Source of the DNA: Sedimentisphaerales bacterium | GTDB lineage: Bacteria > Planctomycetota > Phycisphaerae > Sedimentisphaerales > SM23-30 | Reading direction: 5' to 3' | Assembly: GCA_963663965.2 (NCBI GenBank) | Contig: CAXXFK010000020.1 | Coordinates: 96,001 to 160,000, forward strand | DNA length: 64,000 bases | In this document: positions 48,193-58,379 of the stretch, in pieces | Layout of the letters: each line of letters starts with the position of its first letter | Position numbering within the stretch: position 1 is the first letter of the stretch | The notes under the pieces: model-generated | What the model was told of the DNA's origin: nothing | What the model saw: only the letters and a program-made list of their open reading frames with translations | The model's database searches: none | Made by a program: the position numbers and the translations under genes

Positions 48193-48789
48193 TCAATCGG
48201 CGCGACGGCGTCTGATCAGGGCCAGTCCACCCAGTGCGAAAATGGAGAGCGTGGCCGGTTCGGGCACGATCTGGATGTTATCAATCCAGATGGTCGATCC
48301 AGATCCGGTATTGGTAATAAACATTAATTCGGCCCAGTCGCTGCCATTGGCAAAAGCGGCGTTCACGTCAGGGGTAATATCCCAGGAAACCGAAAAGGTT
48401 TGCGGACTCCATGGGACACCGGGCTCGACGGTACCGAGATCTTTCCAGCCGGTCACATCGCTGTTAATAATCAAGGTAAACTGCATCCACCAGCTGGGGA
48501 TCTGGTTATTATCATTGCGCATGGTAATATCGGCGGTAATGGCGGTGGCCTGAGCCAGTTCGGTATCTAAAGAGTCAATGGGTTTTTTCATGGCCGATTT
48601 CCAATCGGCGGGCACCACCAGTTCCAGCGAATTGACACCATTAGTTGCGCCAAACGCGGCAATCGATGACGTGGCGTTTTCCATGATCCAGCCATCCGTA
48701 TCCCCTTCAAAATTGCCAATGATGGAAGCCGGGCAAGCCCAAGCCAGACACAGAACCGATAGAATTGACAATACCAACAAATGCTTCAT
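48193..48789 (-). CDS. PEP-CTERM sorting domain protein (CBM-like beta-sandwich)
   Basis: Signal peptide; NFEGDTDGW...IWIDNIQIVPEPATLSIFALGGLALIRRRR. Confidence 0.93.
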   Translation of the reverse strand: MKHLLVLSILSVLCLAWACPASIIGNFEGDTDGWIMENATSSIAAFGATNGVNSLELVVPADWKSAMKKPIDSLDTELAQATAITADITMRNDNNQIPSWWMQFTLIINSDVTGWKDLGTVEPGVPWSPQTFSVSWDITPDVNAAFANGSDWAELMFITNTGSGSTIWIDNIQIVPEPATLSIFALGGLALIRRRRAD

Positions 48790-49147
48790 TTTCTTTTCTC
48801 CTGAGTATAATCAACGTTAAAGACCAACAGGGACACCCTGTCCGATTTAAAAATACTTAGCACACCTAACAAAATGAATTAACTATTTATTATAGCATTA
48901 TTCTAGCAAAAATGAAATTTTTAAAAAGGGCGATTTACGAATCAAACGTGAATAACAAACAGATCCGCCGTAATCTGGCAAAACTTTAGCGATTATAACG
49001 ATTGCCATTAACCATGACTCGATGATGCCGGGACTGTTTTAAACCGATTGGAACACCGCAAGTTATTCTCAAAATCTGCTATGATCGTTAAAATTTATCT
49101 ATATTGTCATAACTATATATATTAAGTTTCAATATAAAATATTATTC

Positions 49148-49176
49148 TTGACATTGAGGCGTTAATCGGGTAGAGT
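49148..49176 (+). promoter_or_regulatory. Putative sigma70 promoter
   Basis: TTGACA-17 nt-TAGAGT about 120 nt before ATG 49298; the leader holds two hairpins. Confidence 0.55.
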
Positions 49177-49297
49177 GTGGATTAGCACTGGAATGAGAAG
49201 AGAAATACCCGGTATGGTATTTCCCTGTTAATTACGTCCGCGGAGAATTGATTCTCTGTGGGGAAAAACTGTGAATAGAGTACCAACTCAGGAGAAA

Positions 49298-49822
49298 ATG
49301 ATGAGAAAATGTGTTTGCCTGCTGGCGGTTATGGCCGCCCTGTCAACTGCGTCGTTCGCGAATATGACCTATGATGTCATCGCCAAGGATCATACGATTC
49401 AGAATCCGCTGGTGACTGATATTTATCTGAACATCGGTGATCAGCTGACCGTAAGCGCTGATGAAGATGATACCTGGAGCGCCGGTTCCGGCGCGCGCAT
49501 TTCCAATGCCGACGGTTTACATAATTTTAACGAGTATGTTTATGATGGTTTCAGCTTCCGTTATGGATCGCTGATTGGCCAGATCGGAGATGGCGATTAT
49601 TTCTTTATCGGCCTGAATTACAATAAGGCGGCAAACGAAGCCGGTTATCTCAAGTTGATGTACTGGGATTCGAATTATGGCGACAACTTCGATTCGATCG
49701 AAGCGGTAACCTCTTATGTTCAGGTATCGCCTCCGACCGCCGCGGTTCCGGCTCCGGGCGCATTGATTTTAAGCTCGCTGGGCACCAGCCTGGTGGGTTA
49801 CCTGCGCCGCAAGAAAAACTAA
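49298..49822 (+). CDS. PEP-CTERM-like (VPAPG variant) protein, lectin-like
   Basis: Signal peptide; GSLIGQIGDGDYFFIG; C-terminal VPAPGALILSSLGTSLVGYLRRKK; AGGAG RBS. Confidence 0.85.
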   Translation: MMRKCVCLLAVMAALSTASFANMTYDVIAKDHTIQNPLVTDIYLNIGDQLTVSADEDDTWSAGSGARISNADGLHNFNEYVYDGFSFRYGSLIGQIGDGDYFFIGLNYNKAANEAGYLKLMYWDSNYGDNFDSIEAVTSYVQVSPPTAAVPAPGALILSSLGTSLVGYLRRKKN

Positions 49823-49850
49823 TCTTACCCCCAAAACTCCTTTTTCCCAT

Positions 49851-49890
49851 AAGCCGCCTTTTGTTACATGCAAAAGGCGGCTTTTTTGTT
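49851..49890 (+). terminator. Rho-independent terminator
   Basis: AAGCCGCCTTTTG-TTACATG-CAAAAGGCGGCTT stem followed by TTTTGTTT. Confidence 0.88.
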
Positions 49891-49919
49891 TGGGCATGAC
49901 TATCGCCGTTCAGGCGCTC

Positions 49920-51326
49920 TTAATGCCAGAGAACAGAATACTCGACGAAATCGCAAAGATTGACGAGCGAGTCTCCGTTCAAATCGCCGGGTAAATCCGG
50001 TCCGGTTTGATACCAATCGTTCATAAAGAGGACCAGATCGGTTTTATCAACCTTGCCATCCTGATTGAGATCGGGGGTTTTGGTTATGGTAAAGTCAATA
50101 TCTGCTATATAAATGCCCTGTGACCCATCAACAAAGAAGGCGGTAAACACCGCCCGATTGCCGTCCAGACCCTCGTGACCCAGTTTAAGATCATCGATCA
50201 CCTTGCCATCCAGTTCATCATTACGGGCGATGACTTTTCCCAGCACACCCCCATAACGGGCATAGAGACCGGGATTTCCTGCGGCGTCATGAGCCAGAAA
50301 AACGACCGTATCGGTGGGACCGTCAACCGCGGCATCGTTGAAAGTGGAAAACGGTTCGCTCTGGCCGGGAACGGGCGTATTCAAATCGGCCACGACACTC
50401 AGGGTATATCCGGCGGTATCGTACCAGTAGATACCCTGTACGGAAAAATCGGCATTCTGGCCCCGAAAGACGATATCGCCGCCATCAAAGGAAAGCGAAA
50501 CGGTATACTGCAAATTGAATACTTCGCCGGGTGCCTGAGGGATCGCGGTCTCGCCGCTGTAAACACGCGGTGAGATGGCAAACAGGCTGCCAATGGTACG
50601 GGTGGAATACAAGCCATAATTGCCCGTGGTATCGCGGGCAATAAACGCGGTTTCAGAACCATCCTGATCCACCCCTGAGGCATGGAACAGATCGTAATAA
50701 CGGATGGGATTGTTTTTACCAAAAACTACATCACCTTCGTCGGCGATTTTTTTGATTGAACCGCCCGGCCCGCCGGAATGTTCATAGATCCCGTCAAAAT
50801 ATCCGCTGCTGGGAACAAACGTCCAGAAACCGACATAATCGCCGCTGACCGCGGGACTGGACAGGGTTGAGAATAAACTGGATCCCCGGGTATCGGCGAT
50901 GACCTCAAGCGGATTAGCGCCGAACCGGGCATAAACACCGCGATCCATAGCCCCATCGCTGTCGCCTTTGAATACAATATTTGCCCCGCTTATCGAAGGC
51001 GATCCGAATCCGTGGACCGAACTGGTATCGAAGGTATCGCCTGACGGGGCGCCGGGAATCTGGGTATTGGTATCAGCGACCACTTCCAGGGATCCATTCA
51101 GATCGGTATAGATACCGTCGACAGGATTAGAAGCGGCATCCATGCCGAAAGCGCGAAAAACAACTTTGCCGTCGTCGATAGCAGGGGTATCGAAGGCGGA
51201 AAAGCCGGTAAAGAATCCGACACCGCCGGGGATGGGTGTTGTGGTATCGGCGATCCGGGTAAAAGTGGTGGCGGAGGCTGTTAATGAGAATGCCAAAACC
51301 AGATAAAAAAAGATGCGTGTTTTCAT
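49920..51326 (-). CDS. Secreted repeat (probable beta-propeller) protein with double dockerin-like tail
   Basis: Repeated IADTxTPIPG / VVFRA..GIY units; DLNQDGKVDKTD and GDLNGDSLVNLCDF. Confidence 0.8.
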   Translation of the reverse strand: MKTRIFFYLVLAFSLTASATTFTRIADTTTPIPGGVGFFTGFSAFDTPAIDDGKVVFRAFGMDAASNPVDGIYTDLNGSLEVVADTNTQIPGAPSGDTFDTSSVHGFGSPSISGANIVFKGDSDGAMDRGVYARFGANPLEVIADTRGSSLFSTLSSPAVSGDYVGFWTFVPSSGYFDGIYEHSGGPGGSIKKIADEGDVVFGKNNPIRYYDLFHASGVDQDGSETAFIARDTTGNYGLYSTRTIGSLFAISPRVYSGETAIPQAPGEVFNLQYTVSLSFDGGDIVFRGQNADFSVQGIYWYDTAGYTLSVVADLNTPVPGQSEPFSTFNDAAVDGPTDTVVFLAHDAAGNPGLYARYGGVLGKVIARNDELDGKVIDDLKLGHEGLDGNRAVFTAFFVDGSQGIYIADIDFTITKTPDLNQDGKVDKTDLVLFMNDWYQTGPDLPGDLNGDSLVNLCDFVEYSVLWH

Positions 51327-51664
51327 AATCAATTTTCCTCACGACTACGAATGATTAATGATGCGTCTAAAAACTTCAATAAGTTTATACGATCAGGTAT
51401 CAGCGATCTTCCGACCTGATTATATGGTCTGATTTTTTACGAAGGCCAGTCCATATAATATTTTTTAATTTTATTTTGACTTCCAATAAAATATTGATTC
51501 TATTTAATCTTGTCGAACTCATGTTTACCTGCCTGAACCAATCACAATATCAGAAATCAGTGAGGGTTATAAACCAAATAAATGGAATACGTAAAACTCC
51601 CATTATTTAAAGTATAAAGACCTGAGCGAGAAAAAATATTCATTGAATCTTTAATTGATTGCAC

Positions 51665-52603
51665 TCACCAGCAGGCGGAGGGGTTCGGCCGGCCGCATTC
51701 CAGCCAATTGGCTGTCAAGAGGGCCAGGTCCGTCAGATCGACCCGGCAATCCAGATTGATATCGCCTGTGGGCCGGTTCAGGCAGGCCAGGCCCAGCGCC
51801 GCGAAATGGTCGTCGATTTCTTCAGTCGTTAAGACACGATCATAAACCGCCACTTCATCCAGTATTCCGGTAAAATATCGATTGCCTTCCCGGGCCCGGT
51901 TGATGCGAAAAGTGGAAGCGATTATCGCAGGAACCAACACGCCCGGAGACAGGTCGGGATCGACGATCAGGGCGACATTCTGTCCATTGACATAAAGACT
52001 GGTACCCGTGGCGCTGTTGCCACCGCCCTGCCGAACCATAACCAGATGGTACCATTGCCCCAGAGACAAGGGCTGATTGGTACTCATGCCGCCATTGAAA
52101 AAGCCCGCGTAGATATTTCTGGGATCGTTATGATGCAGTCCAAAATACACTTCCCTGCCATCCCGACTGGCGCCGCCATCGCCCCAGTGCATAAAAGGCG
52201 GCCAGTATGAAGCGTAACTATCCATTCCCAGATAGACTACCACTTCGATAGAAAATGAGGGATTGCCGCTCAAGGAGGGAGGGGAAACAGCCAATGACTC
52301 CAGGTAATCATCCCCGGAATCCAGGGTGATGCCACTATCGCCGCCTGCCGTGGCGGTATTTCGACCGATGGCGCCGAAATACTGACCATCACAGGCTGGG
52401 CCCAGACTGCCGTAATTGATGGCGTAGCCGACTGTTTCGTTAAGCTGGTAATATAATAAAGGCCCGGATCCCTGAACGATGGTCTGGAATGATGGCGGCG
52501 CTCCCAATATAACATTTGCGGGGAGAACTAATAAATAGATTGAAGCGAATGGTAACAGCAGGGATAGACAGACCAAATATGTACGTTTAAAAGGGTGATA
52601 CAT
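51665..52603 (-). CDS. LamG-like jelly-roll protein with dockerin-like tail
   Basis: LLYYQLNE, GQWYHLVMV, LYVNG, FTGILDEVAVYDRVLT; GDINLDCRVDLTDL. Confidence 0.88.
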   Translation of the reverse strand: MYHPFKRTYLVCLSLLLPFASIYLLVLPANVILGAPPSFQTIVQGSGPLLYYQLNETVGYAINYGSLGPACDGQYFGAIGRNTATAGGDSGITLDSGDDYLESLAVSPPSLSGNPSFSIEVVVYLGMDSYASYWPPFMHWGDGGASRDGREVYFGLHHNDPRNIYAGFFNGGMSTNQPLSLGQWYHLVMVRQGGGNSATGTSLYVNGQNVALIVDPDLSPGVLVPAIIASTFRINRAREGNRYFTGILDEVAVYDRVLTTEEIDDHFAALGLACLNRPTGDINLDCRVDLTDLALLTANWLECGRPNPSACW

Positions 52604-53074
52604 AACAAACCTCCGAAGTTATGCCCTGCGGGCATTTTCAATTGTAAATGGTGTAATATAACAGAATTAAGGCATACTGAATGATCAGATATATTCAGAC
52701 AGAAAACCAAACCATTGAATTTTTCATAGAGAGATCCATCCGGTCTGAATAATAGAAAGAGTCACTCCCGGATTGATGCCGTATTATAGAGCTCAAATTT
52801 TTACTGTTTCCGCTAAAATACACAGTGTTTATTATTTTGTTGACAGCAACTGGTGTGCCCAGCCGTAGGTAGTGATTAATAAAAATTGGTGACTTACATC
52901 ACAAATAGTGGCTAAGATTTCGCATAGGATATTTTAGATCAATTTTAATATCCGGTGTGTCAACGCTATAAGCGAAGGAATCAGGCTAATTCCTTTAGTC
53001 ATAAAACTTTTTGGTTTCGATTCTCTCGGATTCGGTTATAGTATCACCCGTCAAGTATTCTTCAGGGAGAGGCT

Positions 53075-55546
53075 ATGAACAGTACAACAAGTAAAATGCA
53101 GCTGAAATCGATTATCAACCGAGGTATGGCCGGGGTGTCGTCGCGTTTTCCCGTGGTGGTTGAACTGGTGCCGCAGGGTGGCTATCGTCTGGACAATATG
53201 CGTAAGTTTTTGCAGGATTACGCCCAAGGCAAGGATCGGATTCCGGATGCTTTTGAGATCGTCGGGATTACCCTGCCGCAAAGTCCCGGTGGTGTCGCGG
53301 CGATGGATCCGAAGGATGTCTATGCGATCCTGGCGACAGAAGGACTCTGGGCGGACCTGGATGTGATATGTCATGTTTCCGCCAAAGACGCCAACCTGGA
53401 CGCGCTGAAAAGTGAACTGATCGGGTTGCGTGAGATGGGGATCGAATCGGTACTGGCTTTAACCGGGGATAAGCCGGTATCCAGTAAAGGGGTATTTGAG
53501 GTGGATTCGATCGGTCTGATCAAGACAATGCGGCGAATGAACAATGAATCGATCCAGCGCGCCCGGCCGGGAGAATTCGACCAGGCGCACCAGTTTTATA
53601 TTGCGGCGGCAGTTTCTCCTTATAAGTACACTGAAGCGTCGCAGATGCAGCAATATTATAAAATGACCAAAAAGCTGGAAGCCGGGGCCAATTGCCTGAT
53701 TACCCAATTGGGTTGGGACTGGCGTAAGAGCCGGGAGTTGTTTCAATATTTAAAGGATGAAGGAATTTCGGTTCCAGTCATCGGCAATGTTTACGCGCTG
53801 ACCACACAGACGCCGGCGCCTCGGCTGATGTATGAAGGGCGGCTGCCCGGTTGTGTGGTGACGAGGGAATTATTCGAACAGTTGCGGGACGAAACGCTCG
53901 AACAGCAGCTGGAACGTACCGCGGTCCAGGTGGCGATGTATCGTCAGATGGGCGCCGCGGCAATCGACCTGGGCGGTCTGGATGATTTTGACAAGGTGGT
54001 TGCGACTCTGGAACGCGCCGCGGCAATCGGCGAATTCTGGCAGTCCTATCAGGAAAAGCTGGATTATGGCGTGAAGGATGGATATTATCTGTTCAATGAA
54101 GATGGCAGTCGCAAGCCAAACCAGCGTCCACGTGCGAACACCGCGAAAAAGGCCTTCGATTTTTTCCACCATATGATATTTGAACCGGGTAAAGGGCTGA
54201 ACCGTCCGGCCCGGGCGATGGCCTGCAAGAGCAAAGGCCTGAGCGAGCGCCGCGGCCCGTTGTACAAATTCTTTTTCGATTTCATCGAAACGCCAGTTAA
54301 GAAGATATTGTTCGATTGCGAAGGCTGCGGTGACTGCTATCTGACGGAAAATTTCGGCATCTGCTCGCTGGGCCGCTGCGCCAAGGGTTTGCCGAATGTG
54401 CCTTGCGGTGATGCCTGCCCGGATGGCACGTGCGGCAACGACGCCAACCGGGTCTGCGCGGGTGAGCTGGTTTACCAGGCAGCCGCCAGCGAAGGGCCGG
54501 AAGGTTTAAATAAACTGAAACAAACCCTGAATTTCCGGCGCGATCCGGCCCTGAAAGCCACCGCGTCGATGTTGAATAACCTGTTAGGAAAGGATCACAT
54601 GAAGAAAAGTTGCCTGATACAGATTGGTGAGAGTGTTCATGCCAGTATTCCCAAATGCGGCGCGGCGATGAAAGAACTGCAAGCGGCCGGGCCGGGCGCC
54701 TATGAGAAATCCTCAGGCGCGCTGGATTATATTATCTCACTGATCCGTACCCAGGCGGAAGAGGATGCGGCCTATATCGCCATCAACGTCGACGCGTTCG
54801 GCGAAGACAATCCACAGATTGCAATCGATCTGATGCGGGAGTATGTCAAGCTGGTGCGACGCCATGGTCAGGGTGTGCCGGTCTGTGTGGACAGCAGTAA
54901 CGACGATGTGCTGCGGGCGGGTTTGGAGCAATGGTATGCCGATGCCCCGGCCGATATCGCGATCCCCCTGCTGAATTCGGTGAAAGTGTATACTATTGAC
55001 CACGTTTTACCCTGGCGCAAGGATTATGCCTTTAAGATTATCGGCCTGCTGGTGGATGACAAAAATCCGGAAGGCAATACCAAAGAAAATCTGTTCACCA
55101 TGGCCCGGACAATTTTCGAGGCCGCGGTGAAACAGGGTTTCGCTCCGGATGATATGTTCTTTGATTCGACCGTATTTCCACTGGCGATCGATATGCCCAT
55201 GATGCCGGATACAGCCGGGTATACCTATACTGCTTTTGAAACGATTAAAATGATCAAAAACGAACCTCAGATGAAAGGCGTCCACTGTTCGCTGGGGATT
55301 TCCAATTGTGTGCGCGATCTGCCGGGGCGAAAGATCGGGGTTTGCCGGGCCTATGTCGCCAAGGCGATGGAATACGGACTGGACGCCGGGATTGTCAATA
55401 CCGCGCATCAATACGGATCGGTCGAACCGGCCCCGGAACTGCTGGAACTGGTGGGCGCGTTTGCCGCCCAGGATGGTTCGCCGGACAACACGGAAAAAGC
55501 GGTTATGCTGATGAGTGAGTTCTGCGCGGCCAATCGTAAAAGTTAG
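53075..55546 (+). CDS. Fusion: methylenetetrahydrofolate reductase + Cys-rich MTHFR C-terminal (MetV-like) + pterin-binding methyltransferase domain
   Basis: ICHVSAKDAN, VLALTGD, KKLEAGANCLITQLGWD; CEGCGDC..C..CAKGLPNVPCG..C; IGESVHA, VCVDSSN, LLNSV, FFD, GISN, GLDAGIVN. Confidence 0.85.
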   Translation: MNSTTSKMQLKSIINRGMAGVSSRFPVVVELVPQGGYRLDNMRKFLQDYAQGKDRIPDAFEIVGITLPQSPGGVAAMDPKDVYAILATEGLWADLDVICHVSAKDANLDALKSELIGLREMGIESVLALTGDKPVSSKGVFEVDSIGLIKTMRRMNNESIQRARPGEFDQAHQFYIAAAVSPYKYTEASQMQQYYKMTKKLEAGANCLITQLGWDWRKSRELFQYLKDEGISVPVIGNVYALTTQTPAPRLMYEGRLPGCVVTRELFEQLRDETLEQQLERTAVQVAMYRQMGAAAIDLGGLDDFDKVVATLERAAAIGEFWQSYQEKLDYGVKDGYYLFNEDGSRKPNQRPRANTAKKAFDFFHHMIFEPGKGLNRPARAMACKSKGLSERRGPLYKFFFDFIETPVKKILFDCEGCGDCYLTENFGICSLGRCAKGLPNVPCGDACPDGTCGNDANRVCAGELVYQAAASEGPEGLNKLKQTLNFRRDPALKATASMLNNLLGKDHMKKSCLIQIGESVHASIPKCGAAMKELQAAGPGAYEKSSGALDYIISLIRTQAEEDAAYIAINVDAFGEDNPQIAIDLMREYVKLVRRHGQGVPVCVDSSNDDVLRAGLEQWYADAPADIAIPLLNSVKVYTIDHVLPWRKDYAFKIIGLLVDDKNPEGNTKENLFTMARTIFEAAVKQGFAPDDMFFDSTVFPLAIDMPMMPDTAGYTYTAFETIKMIKNEPQMKGVHCSLGISNCVRDLPGRKIGVCRAYVAKAMEYGLDAGIVNTAHQYGSVEPAPELLELVGAFAAQDGSPDNTEKAVMLMSEFCAANRKS

Positions 55547-55867
55547 GCGGCCGGATATCCGAATACAACCAGGGTAAATGATAAATTTGTGAAAGTTTTT
55601 GTGCTGATACAATCCCGTTATCGGACGCTTTTCATTTTCTTAAATAATTCAGGGTTGCAATCTGTTGAATCCAAATTCTTGCAGGCTTGTTCATAGAACT
55701 GTCTAACAGCCGCAAGATGGATCGTATACACGCAAAATTCGCTATATTCGGCCAGCCACTGACGCAATTATTTGCGGATTCACATTAAGCCGGGTGAAGC
55801 ATCAACCGAAAACAATAAAGAGTTATATACAATCTTTGTTGAAAGTAATGGTTTTGGAATATAAAGC

Positions 55868-58360
55868 ATGAAATTGAAAGAGACCAAACCAGGCCGGAAG
55901 GCCGGCATGAGCCTAACCAGCACATTTATGATCTGGTCCATGTTCATCCTGTTTGTCGGTTGTGTTTCTACCGGGGCATTTTTGATCTGGAATAAACACA
56001 CAGAATACAGTGACTGGATGGTAAAAATCGAACGTAAGAATCTGGAGGAGCACAAGCGTTATCTTCGTGACGAAACGCTTAAGGCCGTTTCGTGTGTCAA
56101 AGACATACGGGATAAAATGGAAAAAGACCTACGTCAGGAATTAAAGCGAACGGCGGATTTTGCCTGTGAAACCCTGGATATTCTTCATCAATCCGCGGAT
56201 ACCACGATCAAGGCGCGGCCGGAAGCACTGGTTACGCTATTAAGTGAGGCCGTGGGGCATTTTAGCCAACTGGGCGAATTTTTTATTGTTGATTTATCCG
56301 GTACGGTTATTTTTTCGAACAACTATGATATGCCTTATGGCACCAATGCCTATGATCTGGTTAATCATAATAATCAATATTATATTCGCGATATTGTGGA
56401 CCAGGCCCGCGGGAGCAGGGAAGGTTTTTATACCTATTTATGCTCGAAAGGCAATTTATCGGAGGGTCGAGACTGCCAGAAACTGGTCTACCTGAAACTG
56501 TACGAATCCTTTCAGTGGGCCATTGGAGTTGAGATATTTTTAGAGGACCTGGAATCGCTCATTCAGCAGCGAACACTGGTGGATCTGGAAAAAATTAATT
56601 ATTTGAACAATGGATACCTCTTTGCCAGCGACTGGAAAGGCAACGGATTATTGGGGCCGAGCAAAGGTAAAAACAATCTGAATATCACCGATCATAATGG
56701 CATGAAAGTGGTCCAAGAATTAATTCATACCTCCCAGGCAGGGGGCGGATTTGTGCGGTATGTTATGCCCGCTATCGATGATATGGCGCCCAAGGCCAAG
56801 ATCAGTTATGTGGCTCCGATCAAAGACTGGCAATGGTATATTGGCGCGGGTCTATATCTTGACGATATCGATAAAAACATTCAGGCTCGCAGCCGGGAGA
56901 TTAAATCGGAACTGCGCTCTGAGATTTCCATGCTGCTTTTTGTTTACTCGGGGACCCTGTTGCTGGCTCTGGGATTAATGGGATGGCTTTCTCAGTTGGT
57001 GAGGAGTCAAATAGCTGTTTTCTCCGATTTTTTCAATCAAGCGGCTCACGCCACCAATCCCGAGCAGGTCGATGTCAACCGTCTTCGTTTCAGCGAGTTG
57101 AAACTGTTAGGCTCGGCAGCGAACGAAATGATTATGGAACGGCGGCAGCTGGAAAATGAACTGGAAATCCAGAACTTACGTTCTTTATCATTGGCCAAGC
57201 AGGCGACCATGGCGAATGAGGCCAAAAGTAATTTTCTGGCACGCATCAGTCATGAATTAAAAACCCCTCTTAACGCCATTCTGGGTTTTTCGGAAGTCTT
57301 GCAACAGGATGGGCTCGATTCGGTCCAAATCGAATATCTGAACCACATTCACAAGGCCGGAATGGATCTGGATCGGTTGATCAGCGATATTCTGCTCTAT
57401 TCGGGAATGGAAATCAGCGGTTTGCAATGTCTGGTTCGCGACAGTTCTCTTCCGGATTTAATTTTACTGGCCAAGCGGCGCTTCGAATCCGAGGCTCAAG
57501 CCAAGGGGCTGGGCTTTAAGGTATCCATTAAAGATCGTATCCCCATCACGATATCGACCGATTTTGATTTCCTGCTACAATGCTTAAATCAGTTGTTGGA
57601 CAATGCAGTCAAATTTACCGATCAGGGTGAAATTAAAGTAACGATCGGCGCCCAGAAGCAGGGAAATCGCCAATTTATTCAGATTGAAGTCAGCGATACC
57701 GGGATTGGAATTTCTCCCGAGAAGGTTGAAACCATTTTCGCGCCATTCGCTCAGGCCGATGAAAGATTAAATCGTTGTTATGAAGGCGCGGGGATTGGAT
57801 TGGCGGTCGTCAAAAAGATTGTCGATAAATTAGACGGCGCCATTACGGTTAAGAGCGAATTACAATGCGGTTCAACCTTTTCATTAATTATTCCCGATCA
57901 GAATGACCACCCCGCCGATGACATAGAAACGCTTAATTCTGATGAGTTTCTCAGCTATATCGCTAATCTTGAAGCCGACGGAGACGGATTCCTGGATAGC
58001 CCGGGCCGGATCGGCATCGATACCGGTATGCCGAACGTTACCGAAAGAGACTCGGAGCCGGAAGACCTATTGATATCAACACTGGCAAACGATCCGGATT
58101 TGGGCATTGTTGTTACCATGTTTGTGGGTCAGGATTTGCCTGAATTTATCAGTCGGATTCGAGTTGCCCTGGTCGGCAACGATTTTGAAGGGTTACTTAG
58201 CGCGGTTCATGATTTAAAAGGCACCAGCGGAAATGCCGGATTCGATCAGGTCTGCGATCGCGCACGTGAGTTGGAGAAGCAGTTGCTTGACGCCGGCCGG
58301 ATCGTCGATAAAAATGCCATACAGAGCCTGGTCGCTTTATGCGATCGGGTGACGGTTTAG
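55868..58360 (+). CDS. Sensor histidine kinase with two Cache domains, HisKA, HATPase and C-terminal Hpt
   Basis: Two TM segments flanking Cache-like repeats; ISHELKTPLNAILGF; NAVKFT, DTGIG, GAGIGL; VHDLKGTSGNAG. Confidence 0.92.
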   Translation: MKLKETKPGRKAGMSLTSTFMIWSMFILFVGCVSTGAFLIWNKHTEYSDWMVKIERKNLEEHKRYLRDETLKAVSCVKDIRDKMEKDLRQELKRTADFACETLDILHQSADTTIKARPEALVTLLSEAVGHFSQLGEFFIVDLSGTVIFSNNYDMPYGTNAYDLVNHNNQYYIRDIVDQARGSREGFYTYLCSKGNLSEGRDCQKLVYLKLYESFQWAIGVEIFLEDLESLIQQRTLVDLEKINYLNNGYLFASDWKGNGLLGPSKGKNNLNITDHNGMKVVQELIHTSQAGGGFVRYVMPAIDDMAPKAKISYVAPIKDWQWYIGAGLYLDDIDKNIQARSREIKSELRSEISMLLFVYSGTLLLALGLMGWLSQLVRSQIAVFSDFFNQAAHATNPEQVDVNRLRFSELKLLGSAANEMIMERRQLENELEIQNLRSLSLAKQATMANEAKSNFLARISHELKTPLNAILGFSEVLQQDGLDSVQIEYLNHIHKAGMDLDRLISDILLYSGMEISGLQCLVRDSSLPDLILLAKRRFESEAQAKGLGFKVSIKDRIPITISTDFDFLLQCLNQLLDNAVKFTDQGEIKVTIGAQKQGNRQFIQIEVSDTGIGISPEKVETIFAPFAQADERLNRCYEGAGIGLAVVKKIVDKLDGAITVKSELQCGSTFSLIIPDQNDHPADDIETLNSDEFLSYIANLEADGDGFLDSPGRIGIDTGMPNVTERDSEPEDLLISTLANDPDLGIVVTMFVGQDLPEFISRIRVALVGNDFEGLLSAVHDLKGTSGNAGFDQVCDRARELEKQLLDAGRIVDKNAIQSLVALCDRVTV

Positions 58361-58379
58361 CCTGAAGTTATCTCCTGGT

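Noticed and set aside
52840..53074. Possible SAM or THF riboswitch upstream of the MTHFR fusion
   Set aside because: No SAM-I core or other recognisable aptamer consensus was seen.
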